Counted from the stretch's first letter, positions 24,123 through 36,999 are shown. The stretch: DNA of 64,000 nucleotides from Octopus sinensis (GCF_006345805.1 NC_042998.1:23436001-23500000), one strand, 5' to 3'. The notes: a model not told the origin generated them from the letters alone. Numbers and translations are program-made.

Positions 24123-25004
24123 CTTTAAATTAATCACTATATTATACAATGTTGCTCCCCTATTTTAATCTGCAGTTTTCTGTGACCACTCACTGTATTT
24201 TATAAAGTATACTAAGAAAGAAAAAGGAAGGCAAATCATTGAATCACTCCCACAATTTGCAGATGAATGACCTCTTATCAGAGATGAACCTTGGATCATT
24301 ATATAAAAAACTAGTAATCCTAAACACTTATTGACTTAATTCTTAGTTGTTTCCTCTTAATCAGCCAATATTTATTGTGTAGTTGTCATTTTATCTACCC
24401 AATAAAACCTAAAAAGAAGTTGACATTAACTTCATAAAAGATTTCGTAATGAATTTTGAGACATATACAGACCTTTGTTACACAGGTTTCAGCAGAAATC
24501 AAAATTGTTAGTAGATGATCCAAAATGTTGAATTCCTTAAAGAGCTTCTAATTCATTGTATAATTTACTGTTAATGTAGAGTATATCAATAAATGAAACA
24601 AATAATCCAGGTTGAATATCTTAGAACTATTTCTATACATCAAACTATTTGTAGATACAGAGCTATTTGCATCCAACCATATATCTGTAAACATTGCTTA
24701 TCTTATTTTCATTCCAGTGGAACCAAAGCATGTGGGCTTGTATTTTGCAGACATATATGTGTGTGTACACACACACACACACACACATATATATAGATAT
24801 ATACAGAGCAAATAAGTCACAAGAAAAATAATTCACGAAAAAATAATTTGCAAAGATATCATTGACTCTATTATTATCTAGTGTAACAATTTAAAAATGA
24901 TAATAACAAAATCAATAATATAGGCAATTGCAGGCCCCTGAAAAAAGTATTAAATTGCTGAAGGATTAAACTTAATCAAAGGACATACTAAGTATGTCTA
25001 CCTG

Positions 25005-25149
25005 CTAGAAATAACAGTCAAAACTCTTATTTAAATTGCCAAAATACACTGATAATAACTACAGACATCAACCTTCGGATGATTGAATACTGTAGTTATT
25101 ATCAGTGTATTTTGGCAATTTAAATAAGAGTTTTGACTGCTATTTCCAG
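25005..25149. repeat. Near-perfect inverted repeat: 60-bp arms, 25-nt spacer
   Basis: 25005-25064 versus the reverse complement of 25090-25149: 58/60 identical. Confidence 0.95.
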
Positions 25150-25524
25150 TCTTAGTTCTATTTGCATATATATCACAGACCAGCGATTCACATTGCTTCA
25201 AGATGATTCAAGTACATGGTATTGATAAACCACGATAATGGTGAAACCAGTATCTGCCATTTTTGGTTATCTGAGGTGAGTTGTCTTGCTTGGTCGGAGA
25301 CATTCAGTGTTCTTTAATGTTGGATTGTCATGTAGTGAGCTTTCCTTGAATGTTACCCTACAGCAAATTTGGAATCTAAACAAAACATATACACTATGTA
25401 TGTGCAACTGATAATGTTTAACCTTACTAGAGCTACAAGGCCCATACTCTGCAGCAGAAGTGTCAAGACCGGTCCTTCTGGTGGTGCAAAGGACTCGTGG
25501 TTGTGTCACATATGAGTGTCTTTG

Positions 25525-26041
25525 TGGTGCCATGTAAAAGCACTTGTGTGGTGTCATGTAAAAGTGCTCATGCAGTGCCATATAAAAGCTCCTGTGCAGT
25601 GTCATGTAAAAGTGCCTGTGTGGTACCATGTAAAGTGCCCATGTGGTACCATGTAAAAGCGACCATGCAATGCTACGTAAAAGCACCCGTGCAGTTCCAC
25701 GTAAAAGCACACATGTGGCACCACATAAAAGCTCCTGTGCCATATAAAAGTGCCCATGTGGTGTCACATAGAAGCACCCATGTGGTACCATGTAAAAGCG
25801 ACCATGCAATGCTAGATAAAAGCACCCGTGCAGTTCCATGTGAAAGCACCTGTGGCACCACATAAAAGTGCCCGTGTGGCACCATGTACATGCACCTAGC
25901 TCACACTCTGTAAAGTGGTAGGCATTTGGAAGGGCATCCAGCTGAATAAACCATGCCAAATCAGACTGGAGTCTGGTGCAGCTCTCATCACACCATCCAA
26001 CCCATGCCAGAACAAACAACAGACATCAAGTGATGATGATG
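25525..26041 (+). mobile_element. Retroposon family F carrying a ~24-bp minisatellite (about 15 units). Related copies near 29970-30430 (-), 35590-35820 (+) and 46548-46712 (-)
   Basis: Units like gtggtgccatgtaaaagcacccat, then aaagtgg(t/a)ggcatt.ggaagggcatccagctg...ccaacccatgccag and a (TGA)n tail. Confidence 0.8.
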
Positions 26042-26291
26042 TTTTTAAGTTGTATCCTCTTAATATATTTTCATTTTACCCTGCCAAAAGATGTTAATAG
26101 ATTATAACTTTTAACATACAAAGTTAGAGTACAACATTATAACTTCTTTATACCAATGATCTGTATTAAAGAAAGTTGACCATCTGTTTATTAGATTAAA
26201 AATCTTAAAAGTGGTTGAGTGAGAAGGACACGTTACAATGCTTGTGTGTAAAAGTGTGGCTGTAATCCATAGCTCACACTTTCATTTAAAC

Positions 26292-27254
26292 CAGTGGTTC
26301 TCAACCATTTTTTTTCCATAGACCACTTTTGATTCCTTATGTATTCTGTTGGACCACCATAGCATTCTTCCAAAATTCCTATTTTATTTGTCACATATTA
26401 ATTTGTGCGTGGAGGCACATGGCCTAGTGGTTAGAACAGCAGATTCATGGTCGAGGGATCGTGGGTTTGAATTTCAGACCAGGCGATGTGTGTGTTTATG
26501 AGCGAAACACCTAAGCTCCATGTGGTTCCGGCGGATGGTAATGGCAAACTTCTCTTGACTCTTTCGCCACAACTTACTCTCACTCTTTCCTCCTGCATCT
26601 TGCAGCTCACCTGCGACGGACCGGAGTCCCGTCCAGGTGGGGAATCCTATATGCCAAGGGAACTGGGAAACCGGCCCTATGAGCCAGGTGTGGCTCGAGA
26701 AGGAACAAACAACAACAAATTGTGAAGGATGAAATATGTAAAACATTAGGGTAAGAAACCTAGCTGGTTATTTTTTTGCAATAAATTCATCCAAAGTAAC
26801 ATTTTTTCACAGACCCTTAAAATACTGCTGTGGGTCCCCATTTTACAGTTGGACTCTGAAAAGTCTTGCAGGGAGCACCAGGGGTCATACAAATCCCAGT
26901 TGAGAACCATTGATTTAAACCAGTGGTTCTCAATCATTTTTCGTCTATGGACCCCTTTAATTACTATTTTTGGTTGGTGGACTCCTGTGGCTGTTCGATG
27001 TTTAAAAAACTAGTCTTATAGATATTTCTTTTGAAATCCCTGTTTAGTTTTTCCCACGTTCACTTGCATAATTTAGCAAGAAAATGTTGAAGTATGTTAA
27101 GTGTTAGAGAAAGAAACCTGGCTGTTTCTTGGAATAACTACGTCTAAAGCAAAGTTTTTTCAAGGATCCCTAATATAATACTGTTGATCCCCAAATTACT
27201 ATTTTGCTTGCATGGACCCCCAGGAACCATACAGACCCCGTTTGAGAACCACCA
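26292..27254. mobile_element. Two tandem hAT-type family D MITEs (26292-26912, 26921-27254) sharing one 8-bp TSD
   Basis: atttaaac occurs at 26284-26291, 26913-26920 and 27255-27262, exactly at the element boundaries. Confidence 0.85.
26409..26718 (+). mobile_element. SINE family C, tail type 3 with V-domain-like motif, nested in a D MITE
   Basis: C head, then cacctgcgacggaccggagtcccgtccagg (V-SINE-like) and a ggctcgagaaggaacaaacaacaacaa tail. Confidence 0.85.
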
Positions 27255-28085
27255 ATTTAAACCACTCTGCTTCTATATGCATTATACTCTGTTACAGCTA
27301 CTATACATTACCTAGTAACAGACTTCAGGTATCCAATAATTCTTCTTATCAACTGCTAGTTGCAGTTAGAGATATGTCGACCATTTCACCAATTCGTTCT
27401 TCTAGTGACTGATCAATTAAAGAAAAGTAAAAAAATAATCTCGACAAACGCAATGCCTGTTACACTAATAATGAGTGAATAAAACTGAATAACAAGAATT
27501 GTGATAGGTTAAACTGTTAGGCTGCCAAGGTTATCAGTCAAGGGGTCACCAGTTTATAGCTTATCTCACATATCACTTAACACTGTCATTAATGAAGATA
27601 TTTAGCTCACAGTTTGCTTGACAGTGTGTATGTACTACGCAAAGGTACAGCTTACTTAGGCATATATACAGCTGTAAATTGATTTCTTGATATTGTTGCT
27701 AGAATTGAGGAGGCTTTGGTATTGTATAGCACAAGTCTATCTTGTTCAAGCAGACCTCTGTTCAAAATGATTCTAGCTGTAACCATTCTATTTTTTAAGG
27801 GGTATCTAAAACTGCATTATCTAATATGTCTATTTCACTTTTTTAAGATGGTGGAATGTGATTTTGAGGATTTGGCTGCTATTTCTAGCAGGTACTGTGT
27901 CTGCAAAAACATTTCCTTATTAGTTTGAAGTTTCATTACCTCAATGTTGTTGTCAGAGTCTCCCTTGAGTATGAGATGACTGTCATCCCATCTTGGAGTA
28001 AATTATTTCCCTCAGATGCTTATTGTAAATATGTAGGCATAGGAGGAGTAAATTATTTCCCTCAGATGCTTATTGTAAATATGTA

Positions 28086-28474
28086 GGCATAGGAGTGACT
28101 ATGTGGTAAGTAGCTTGCTTACAAACCACATGGTTCCAGGTTCAGTCCCACTGCATGGCACCTTGGGCAAATGTCTTCTACTATAGCCTCGCGCCAACCA
28201 AAGCCTTATGAGTGGATTTGGTAGATGGAAACTGAAAGAAGCCTGTCATATATATATGTTTGTGTGTCTCTGTTTGCCCCACCCCCCAACATCGCTTGAC
28301 AATCGATGCTGGTGTGTTTACGTCCCTGTAACTTAGCAGTTCAGCAAAAGAGACCGATAGAATAAGTACTAGGCTTACAAAGAATAAGTCCTGAGATTTG
28401 CTCGATTGACTAAAGGTGGTGCTCCAGCATGGCCACAGTCAAATGACTGAAACCAGTAAAAGAGTAAAAGAGTA
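28086..28474 (+). mobile_element. SINE family B, preceded by a perfect 50-bp tandem duplication
   Basis: B head to aaagagta tail. 27995-28044 is identical to 28045-28094. Confidence 0.88.
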
Positions 28475-28695
28475 TGAGGATAAATTCAAATATTGTATGA
28501 ATGGGCTGGATCAGTGGAGTGAAGGCCAATACCTCTTGTAGTATTTACTTGAGCACTTTCAATGTTCTGAGTTCAAAATCTACTGAGATTGATTCTAGGG
28601 TTAATAAGTACCACTCCAAGTACTGAGGTTAATTTTAATGACTATACCCCTGTTCTGATGGTGAGTAGGCAGAACTGTTAGCATGCGGGGAAAAA

Positions 28696-29094
28696 GACAG
28701 AAATGTTAGCATGCCGGGCGAAATGCTTTGCGGTATTTTGTCTGCCGCTACGTTCTGAGTTCAAATTCCGCCAAGGTTGACTTTGCCTTTCATCCTTTTG
28801 GGGTTGATTAAATAAGTACCAGTTATGCACTAGGGTTGATGTAATCGACTTAACCTGTTTGTCTGTCCTTGTTTGTCCTCTCTCTGTGTGTAGCCCCTTG
28901 TGGGTAGTAAAGAAATAGGTATTTCATCTGCCGCTACGTTCTGAGTTCAAATTCCGCCGAGGTCACTTTCATCCTTTCAGGGTTGATTAAATAAGTACCA
29001 GTTACACACTGGGGTCGATATAATCGACTCAATCCCTTTGTCTGTCCTTGTTTGTCCTCTCTGTGTGTAGCCCCTTGTGGGCAGTAAAGAAATA
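28696..29094 (+). mobile_element. SINE family A dimer inserted into the head of an older A-type SINE
   Basis: TSD core agaactgttagcatgc at 28671-28686 and 29095-29110. The host A element continues to about 29240. Junction aagaaataggtatttcatc near 28909-28927. Confidence 0.88.
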
Positions 29095-31380
29095 AGAACT
29101 GTTAGCATGCCGGGCAAAAAATACTTAGAGGTCTGTCTTTACAGTCTGAGTTCAAATTCCTCTGGGGCTGACTTTACTTTTATCCTTTTGGGGTCAATAA
29201 AATAAGTATCAGTTGAGAACTGGGGTCTATGTTATTAACTTTATTCTTGGGTAAGAGTATATAAAAAACTGCACCCCTCTGCCAAGCCATGTTGAGCCAG
29301 TATAGCAGCATAGGTTCTTCAAACCAGTACGGTCTCAAGTTCAAATTCATGGTCTGCACATCAGATTATGGTCAGTGAGCAGAACATGCTGAGGCCTTTG
29401 TTCCACAGTGGACTGGACATAGACAACCCATTCCAATTCACTCCTTCTTTAAATCTGAAGCTTTGTGGTTATGTTTAAAAATCAATATAGGATTTGGTTA
29501 TACTTTTCTTATAAGGCTGGTGCCAACCAGTTTGACTGCATTTTAAAATAGCTTTTAAAAGATGCCTACTTCATTTATTGGATTTTGTATATTAGAATTT
29601 TTAACTCCCCACCCTGCCATTTAATGCATGTTATGAAATGTAAAATTTCTTCTAAATTACTCATTTTCACCCATCAGAATATACTGAAGTAGATCATAAG
29701 AAATTCTGCACCTGTTAGGATAGATTATTTAGAATTTTCCATTTACTTATTTTTCAAGTATGTTGCATTTAAAGTGTACAGTTTCTTGAGAATTACTGAA
29801 TTTCATCGACAAATGTGCTCAAAGAAAAATAAGGTGAATGAAAAAGTGATTAAATGAAGGAAGAATCAAAGATCATTTTCAAAAATATTCATTAAATATT
29901 ATCTAATTTCTTTAGATTTCTTATATAGACACAAGGTTTACAAGCTATGGATACTAGGAAGTTGTGATCATCATCATCATCATCATCGTTTAACATCTGC
30001 TTTCCATGCTAGCATGGGTTGGATGATTTGACTGAGGTCTGGTGAACCAGATCGCTGCACCAGGCTCCAATCTGATCTGGGAGAGTTTCTACAGCTGGAT
30101 GCCCTTTCTAATGCCAACCACTTTGAGAGTGTAGTGGGTGCTTTTACGTGCCACCGGCATGAGGGCCAGTCAGGTGGTACTGGCAATGGCCACACTCAGA
30201 TGGTGCTTTTTATATGCCACCTGCACAGGAGCCAGTTCAGTGGCACTGGCAACGACCTCGCTTCAAATGTTTTTCACGTGCCACCAGCACAGGTGCTAGT
30301 AAGGCAACACAGGTAACGATCACACTCGAATGGTGTTTTTTAATGTGCCATCAGCACGGAGGCCAGCTTGATGCTCTGGCAATGATCTCACTTGTATGGT
30401 ACTCTTAGCACTCCACTATCACGGGTGCCAGTCATTGAATTTGATTTCGATTTCGATTTATATTTATATTTTTTTCCAAAATGCGTGAAGAATGTAACCA
30501 AATTTAAATGGATTTCACTAATGATTGAAACCATATCACAGAATTGGCTTGTCGAGAGTTAATATCCACTCTGTAGTGTTCACCTTTACTAAATGCAAAA
30601 CTGTAAGAATTGAAAGCTATTTATATACTTGTGGAAATTGTTTTTACATATTTAAAGATAAGTTTTATCTCGTGTAACATATTGAATATCTTTTAAAAAT
30701 TCAACTAAATCTTTCTGCAGCCGAACGGATATTGCTGTTTTTGCTTATCCCTAGATCAGTTCTGAACAAGCAGACCTATGATGAAAGATCTTCCAGCTGT
30801 GACTCTCCCATCTTTTCAGATATAGTTTATCTCAGACTACATTACCTAATATATTCTTTTCTAGAGATTGTAAAGTCTGAGCTAAGAGGTATTTTGCTGC
30901 TATTTCTAGCAGGTTGCACTACTATGTAGGGACTCCTACATTGATGCCAAACTGATTCATATACATATGGAATTTATCTCATGTTTCCATGTTATTTTGA
31001 ATTGATGATAAGCATATGTTTTTGGTGGCAAAGAAGCAAAGTTAACATGAATTTAACTGTTTTATCATTATATTTATGTTGAATACGTTGCTGTTATTTC
31101 GGTTAATTTTGAAAATAATGGAGAATTTAGTAAAATAATAATTTATTGTTTGCACACAGAACAGCCAAAACCCAAACAATAATGTATCTATTCATTCTTA
31201 ATTCATTCTGGCAGATTCAAACATGAAATAAGTAACATTTTAGCACAGGGGTCAGTGTAATCAACTTACTCTCTCCCTACCAAATTTCAAGCCTTGTGCC
31301 TATAATAGAAAAGATTATTACCTTCTGCAAGAATGAACTAGAAAGTTAAGAAAGAGAGATGGGTAGATAGATAGATAGAT

Positions 31381-31423
<43 letters not shown>

Positions 31424-31433
31424 GAGAGAGAGT

Positions 31434-31476
<43 letters not shown>

Positions 31477-31950
31477 TGTTGTTTTCAGGCACATGAGAGC
31501 ATCATCTGGTCTGCCTGCCTGCATTACAACTCCCTAATAATACTTTCCTCTATGTGTGGTGATGTTAATATATATGAGCTCCTTTTTCTAAACATTGAAT
31601 GCTTAAAAGGAGCTTCTCCATAGCCCCTTGATCGGCTGAAAATAGCAGTCAAATATCCTTCAAATCACGTCATGCTATTTTAAATGAAGTATATACTTGA
31701 CATTGTAGTTCCTAATACACCATGAAGACAACAGGACGGTCATGATTGTAACACTCTTTGTCATAAGTCTGATCAGAGCTGATCTGGGACTAAACAACAG
31801 TTCACTTTGAGCTGATAAGAGAAAGTCCCTGCATAGTCAATTGGCCCGCAGAAATAGCAGCCAAATTTCCTTCATATCATTTTCTAATGTTTTAAACTGA
31901 GTAAGAATACATTAGACAATATAACCATATCTATTATATATATATATAAT

Positions 31951-32310
31951 AGCTCCATCATTGGAATGAAGATAGCGCAAACAATGTGACATTATAAACT
32001 TCAGAAAAGTCTTGCACATTTTTACTCTTCCACTTACAGATAGTATCTGTAATGAGCAAGTAAGTTGATTGTACATATGTATATATGTACGTATGTATAT
32101 GTGTGTGCATGGGTGCAATCATGCATGGGTGCATACATGCATGTGTGCATGTGTGTGTGTGCATATGTGTATTCCAATATATAGGTCAACCACTCATTGT
32201 TGACTATCACTCATCAGGAAAAAGCAAGCAACTGACTATTAATCTTACATTTGGGTTGGATATTTCTCCAAAGACAGTACTTTCTTCTTTCAAGTTTATA
32301 TGATACATAC

Positions 32311-32382
<72 letters not shown>

Positions 32383-32783
32383 AAATAATAAGGGTGATAA
32401 ATTGAACATTAATTTAATTTAAAACCAGTAGCCTAGCATATAGAAAAATCTGAAAATTCAGAAAAATTGTAATACATGCATATAATAGGGATAACCACTA
32501 AGTGGACATCCAATATGCTAGAAGAAGATCACCTACTACCTACACATATGCACACGCACGCATGCATGTATGCATTCATGCATGTATGCACCCATGCATG
32601 ATTGCACCCATGCACACACATATACATACATATATACATATGTACATGTACATACATATGTATAACCAACATACTTGCTCATTACAGATACTATCTGTAA
32701 GTGGAAGAGTAAAAATGTTCAAGACTTTTCTGAAGTTTATAATGTCACATTGTTTGCGCTATCTTCATTCCAATGATGGAACT
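31951..32783. repeat. Large inverted duplication: arms 31951-32171 and 32541-32783, 369-bp spacer
   Basis: The first ~117 nt of unique sequence differ at about 3 positions between arms, and the adjoining gcatgggtgcaatcatgcatgggtgcatac simple repeat is mirrored too. Confidence 0.92.
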
Positions 32784-33524
32784 TTGTATCTCTGTTAGAA
32801 ACCAATTCCTTCCCCAGGGGAAAGGATTGAAATAATTAAGCACAAGAGAGAACGCATACATATTGACTTCACTATGATCACTACATATATATATATATCT
32901 AGCATGGAAAACAGACGCTAAACGATATATATATATAAAGATACACATGCGCGCGCACACACACACACACACATACACACACACGCATGCACACATTGAT
33001 TACAGGGAAGTCAAAATTATGAATGCACTTGCATATACCGTGATATAGAAATGAATTATCAATAATTGAAATACTACAAGTTTTCCGAATATAATGACCA
33101 CTGACATTTTCAGAAAGGAAAGAAAGAGCAAAAAAAAAAAAAGGCAAAAAGAAAATAAGAAAGCCATATGGTATTTTTAACTATTTTCATATAGTTAAAA
33201 ATATCGTGGTTATGAAGCTGTTATGCCCTGAGCTGTTAATAGCAAAAATACAATAAATGGGTTCCACAAGGATATTTTAGCGCATTGCTGTAAATAACAA
33301 GAGCACTGAATAACTAATCACTGAATGTTTTGTTTGACTGCAACTGCTCAAACAAACTCACTGGTGAATGACAAAAATGTAGTCAATTAGCATAGTTATA
33401 TTGAGAAAAGGTACACTTGTCTTTCTGTTTTTCAACTCCACTGTTTCTCAACCAATTTTTGCCTATGGACCCCCTTTGATTGCTTTTTTACTCTACGGAA
33501 CCACTATTATGATTTTATAATTAA

Positions 33525-34220
33525 CCCTTTCGTTACCAGCCTGGCTGAAACTTGCTCTGGCTCTGTAGTACAAATGTCTTGTTTTCATAAGTTCTGAATT
33601 AAAATCTTCCACCAAACCTTAGTCACAATTTATGTTCCTAACACTAGCTTAATGATAACTAAGTTGTTATATTTAAAACTAATTGAAAGAAACACAGAGT
33701 ATCTCAACAGAAATATGGCAACAAAAGGGTTAACAAATGATTAATTTAACCCTTTCGATACCAACCTGCCTGAAACTGCTTCTGGCTCTGTAGTATAGTA
33801 CAAATGTCTTGTTTTCATAAGTTCTGAATTAAAATCTTCCACCAAAACCTTAGTCACAATTTATGTTCCTAACACTAGCTTAATGATAACTAAGTTATTT
33901 TACTAAATTCTTTGTTATACTTTAAATTAATTGAAAGAAACACAGAGCATCTCGACAGAAATATGGTAACAAAAGGGTTAACAAAATATTAATTTAACCC
34001 TTTTGATACCAACCTGCCTGAAACTGCCTCTGGCTTTCTAGTACAAAATGTCTTGTTTTCATAAGTTCTGAATTAAAATCTTCTACCAAACCTTAGTCAC
34101 AATTTATGTTCCTAACACAAGCTTAATGATAACTAAGTTATTTTACTAAATTCTTTGTCATATTTAAAATTAATTGAAAGGAACACAGAGCATCTCAAAA
34201 TAAATACAGTAATGAAAAGG
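33525..34220. mobile_element. Three tandem piggyBac-like MITEs (33525-33729, 33750-33977, 33998-34220) inside a hAT-type D MITE (33439-34367)
   Basis: Each unit is TTAA-ccctt(t)...aa(a)gg(g)-TTAA, separated by 12-nt spacers caaatgattaat and caaaatattaat. Confidence 0.9.
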
Positions 34221-34757
34221 TTAAATAGTATTAAGAATTGTATAACAGAAATTGTTAAAATATTTTGTGCATTGTAGAAGTGTAACCAATTTATTGCACA
34301 TGAATTTTAACAACAAAATCTTATATGAACCTTCAAAAATCACATAGACCCCAGTTGAGTACCACAGGTTTAACACTATTATTGTTGAGTACAGCAATGG
34401 ACAAATCCAAAGATATGTGTTTTAAAAGAATTTTTTTGAAATTAGTATTCATTAACTGTCTGTCACTAGTATCAGGAATCCAAAGTGGCAAGCTGGCAAG
34501 ATTGTTAGCACTCTGGACAAAACACTTAGTGGCATTTCTTTCAGCTTTACATCTCTGAGTTCAAATCTCACTGAAGTCAGTGTTGCTTTTCATCCTCTCA
34601 GGATTGATAAAATAAAGTACCAGTCAAGTACTAGAGTCAGTGGTATCCACTAACCCAAATCCTGCAAAATTTCAGGCCTTGTGCCTATGCTAAGAACAAT
34701 TATTATTATCATCATTATCATTATCATTAGTAGTAGTATTAGTATTATTATACTACG

Positions 34758-35030
34758 ATGCATGGTCTAGTAGTTGAGATGTTGCTCTCATGATTGCAAG
34801 AGTGTGGTTTCAATTCCTAGACTGGGTGATGTGTTGTGTTCTTGAGCAAAGCACTTCATCTCACATTGTTCTATGATCACTTTGACGCCTGATGCATGGT
34901 ACATCGTGCACCTGTTCAGGTAATGTTGATTTGATCACTACAAACAAACATCTGACCACCATAAACAAATCATTTGCGCAGGTCATTTGGCAAAAGTGGA
35001 AAACTGATATGTCATCTTCGACGGGAGAGT
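34758..35030 (+). mobile_element. Old tRNA-headed SINE with CORE-like segment
   Basis: catggtctagtagttgag...ggtttcaattcctagactggg...ttcttgagcaaagcacttcatctcacattg. Confidence 0.5.
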
Positions 35031-36999
35031 CCATTATTATTATTATAAAGGGGGCAAGCTGGCAGAATCATTAGCACATCAGACAAAATGCTGAGGACAT
35101 TTCTTTCAGCTTTACATTCTGAGTCCAAATGCCACTGAGGTTGACTTTGTTTTTCGTCCTTTTGGGGGTCATACAATAAGTTCCAGTTGAGCACTGGAGT
35201 CAATGTAAGCAACTTACCCCCTCCCCTAATATTGCTGGCCATGTGTTAAAATTTGAAACCATTAGTAAAGTGAATCCACACTGACCTATTTGTTAACACT
35301 ATCAGAATTATTCTGTGTTTACTGAATCACAAAAAAATCGAATGATTGAACAAAAGAATGGCAGCTATGTGTAATGGAAGGAGTTTCCTTTGATGCAACA
35401 AATAAAAAAACCATTTTCTCCCATATTTCTACAAAACATCAAAGGAAAAAAAGAAATTAATAAAATTTGTTCAGGTGTATTTTTTTTTGTTTTTTTTTGT
35501 TTTCATTTTACCGTTCTTATAAAATGCCGCCAATTCCCACCAGTTCACACAGATAGCTGTGCTCTTCACCACTGAATGAGCCAAGTGATACACTGTAAAA
35601 AAGATCCGTGCTGGCACCACATATAAAGCACTGGTGTTGGTGCCATGTAAAAAGCATCCAATACACTATGTAAAGTGGTTGGCATTAGGAAGGGCATCGA
35701 GCTGTAGAACCATGCCAAAACAGATGACTAGAGCCTGGTGCAGCCCTTCAGCTTGCCAACTGCTGTCAAACTCTCCAACTCATGTCATCATGGCAAACAA
35801 ACGTTAAGTAATGATGATATATTGCAAAATGGTTGGATGGCTTATGTGTTAGACAATCTGATGGATAATTATGAATTCCAAATCTACAGAAAACATTTTT
35901 ATTGTGTATCCAGGAAGAGCATACTGTTCTACATTGTCCTTTTTCACCTAGCTGTTGAGAATCTGTTAGCTGTGACAAGCAGGGTACCTTATCTCTCATC
36001 CAGTTGCTGGAACTAAACTTTGTCTCTGAAGAGCCCTTTTGCTGCTTAGGAAATACTTGCTTCTCTGTTGTTACAAAAGAGTTTTATGATAGTTCGTTAT
36101 AGATAGTTATTATCATTAGTTTTACTCAGTAATTAAGATCCTGATTTGTATCGATTCTGAAATCAAGGAATAGTGTGTTTACCAAAGAATACTCTCTTAT
36201 TTCTAACATTAAGTTATATAGCAATAACTAATTATTTATAGTTCTGTACTTTGTTTTAACCATAAAAGCTAAGGCCATGCTGGAGCACTGTATTGGAGAT
36301 TTGTCTGCACACCTTTGTATTAAAATATCATTTTTGTGTCTGCTTGTTTTTTGGTTGTTATTTTTTCTTTCTTTCTTTTGTGTTTCTTCCTTTATTTGCA
36401 TTGTTTTCAGTTTGTTTTGCTTGCAATTTTTTTTTTCTGTTGAAAATAAAAATTTAAAAAAATAATAAAAGGCAGTGAATGCCTTGTTCCACATTTTGTT
36501 GCAAATAAATACTAAGCGTCCACTATGAAAATGCTATTGTTGTTATTGTTGTTTGTTTATGAAGGCTTTGAAAATAATATTTATTTTAAATGATCAATTT
36601 GCTTTTAAATATCTATTGATTATAGACAATTCAATCCATTTCAGAGTAAAATTCTTTCAATATTGTTTCTTTTCCCCCCTTTTTTTCCCCCACTAATCTC
36701 TCATTAACATAAAAGTATGTTTGTATTGCTCTGTGTATTATTTAACAAAACTATTTTAGTATTAATCAATGTTTATTTGTTGCCCTAAGGTATAAAGCAT
36801 TATTAACAAGAGAAGAGCTTCAATTTTATATCCTCACGATAACATCATTGAATCAGAGCTATGAAACTACCTGAGCTTCTCTTTTTATCTATGATAAATA
36901 ACCAAAGTCTTTCTCTGCCAGCCAAACAAGGAAGCTCCCTGTCTATTGGTGAAAATTTCCATGCCATTGGCATTGTCTTATATTCCCAGTAAATACATG

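Noticed and set aside
25267-26019. 250-aa His/Tyr/Phe-rich ORF and the opposite 122-aa Cys/Lys/Val ORF, superficially like metal-binding or shell-matrix repeat proteins
   Set aside because: They arise from a 24-bp minisatellite inside a dispersed retroposon, are open on both strands and have no splice support.
33521-34224. Repeat-spacer-repeat arrangement, and the SINE A multimers, as a possible CRISPR-like array
   Set aside because: Units are 180-230 bp transposon copies, the spacers are near-identical rather than unique, and there are no cas genes in this eukaryotic context.
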